Source: Escherichia phage BME3
Length of the DNA: 64,000 nucleotides
Sequence record: PP239276.1
Direction: 5' to 3' (one strand)
Part shown: one piece after another, positions 63,584-64,000 of the stretch
Position numbering within the stretch: position 1 is the stretch's first letter
How the letters are laid out: each line of letters starts with the position of its first letter
Program-made: the position numbers and the translations under genes
Notes under the pieces: generated by a model
Told to the model about the DNA's origin: nothing
Database searches by the model: none
The model's input: the letters and a program-made list of their open reading frames with translations, nothing else

Positions 63584-64000
63584 CACCCTTTTCATAATCG
63601 TAAAGTCAATAATATCAAAAACTTGACGCAAAATACTGCTCGCTTGCGAGAGGTGCTTAACGCGATTTTCAGCGCCCCCCGATTTCTGCCGACCGTCCCC
63701 CTCAAATATCAATGAGAATAATTATCATTTGCATTATCATTCAATGACTTATAAGACTTTTGATTATTTTCTGAGCGAAAAAGGTGCTACTCACAACAAA
63801 ACAGATAAATTCTAAGTAAATCAATGACTTGGCAAGTCTAAACATCTATATACACCTTGCCAAATGAAATGATCCTGCGTGAAATAGTGCTACCCGTGGA
63901 AGATAGCTGATAATGATTATCATTTGCATATTTTCTATACTATAAAACGCCCTAAAAATCAAGATAATTCTACTTTATTGCGCTTTTAAGAAAGTAGGCT
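63584..64000. repeat. direct repeat copy 2 (truncated by window end)
   Basis: Matches 62722..63139 base-for-base over its visible length apart from ~3 substitutions; may extend beyond the window. Confidence 0.8.

Noticed and set aside
62722-64000. Possible CRISPR array suggested by repeated sequence near the window end
   Set aside because: Only two copies of a ~417-bp unit with an ~860-bp period; no short (25-40 bp) repeats alternating with unique spacers and no cas genes.
1-64000. rRNA genes, ncRNA families other than tRNA, transposons/IS elements
   Set aside because: No long GC-balanced non-coding stretches, no transposase-like ORFs and no terminal inverted repeats bracketing a cargo were seen; nearly all of the window is tightly packed coding sequence.

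Overview
This 64-kb window reads as a segment of a large, AT-rich, virulent tailed-phage genome with a T4 / Felix-O1-style organisation; the family assignment is a guess from gene content, not a search result. Layout: (1) 1-9.1 kb, minus-strand head morphogenesis and packaging genes, including a terminase large subunit whose Walker A loop appears interrupted by a mini-intein, plus an overlapped spanin pair. (2) 9.1-12.0 kb, a minus-strand cluster of about 20 tRNA or tRNA-like genes, several non-canonical. (3) 12.0-15.5 kb, a NAMPT-like plus PRPP-synthetase-like pair (NAD+ salvage / NARP1-like). (4) 15.9-52.0 kb, a plus-strand early/middle block rich in nucleotide and nucleic-acid metabolism: a phosphoesterase / RNA-ligase / polynucleotide-kinase operon, DNA ligase, RNase H-like and DEDD exonucleases, tdk, thyX, nrdA/nrdB, a complete dTDP-L-rhamnose pathway (rfbBACD), glutaredoxin, T4-type lysozyme, phoH, an HslV-like protease, two DNA methyltransferases, a serine recombinase, a PP-lambda-type phosphatase, two HNH endonucleases and a zinc-less sirtuin. 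(5) 52.2-62.5 kb, a minus-strand block of about 30 small genes containing at least three paralogous families. (6) 62.6-64.0 kb, a non-coding region with a ~417-bp near-identical direct repeat (second copy cut by the window end) flanking iterons and perfect palindromes. All functional calls come from motif recognition by eye; no database search was run. CDS coordinates follow the supplied ORF track; coordinates of RNAs, promoters, terminators and repeats were hand-derived and may be off by a few nt.
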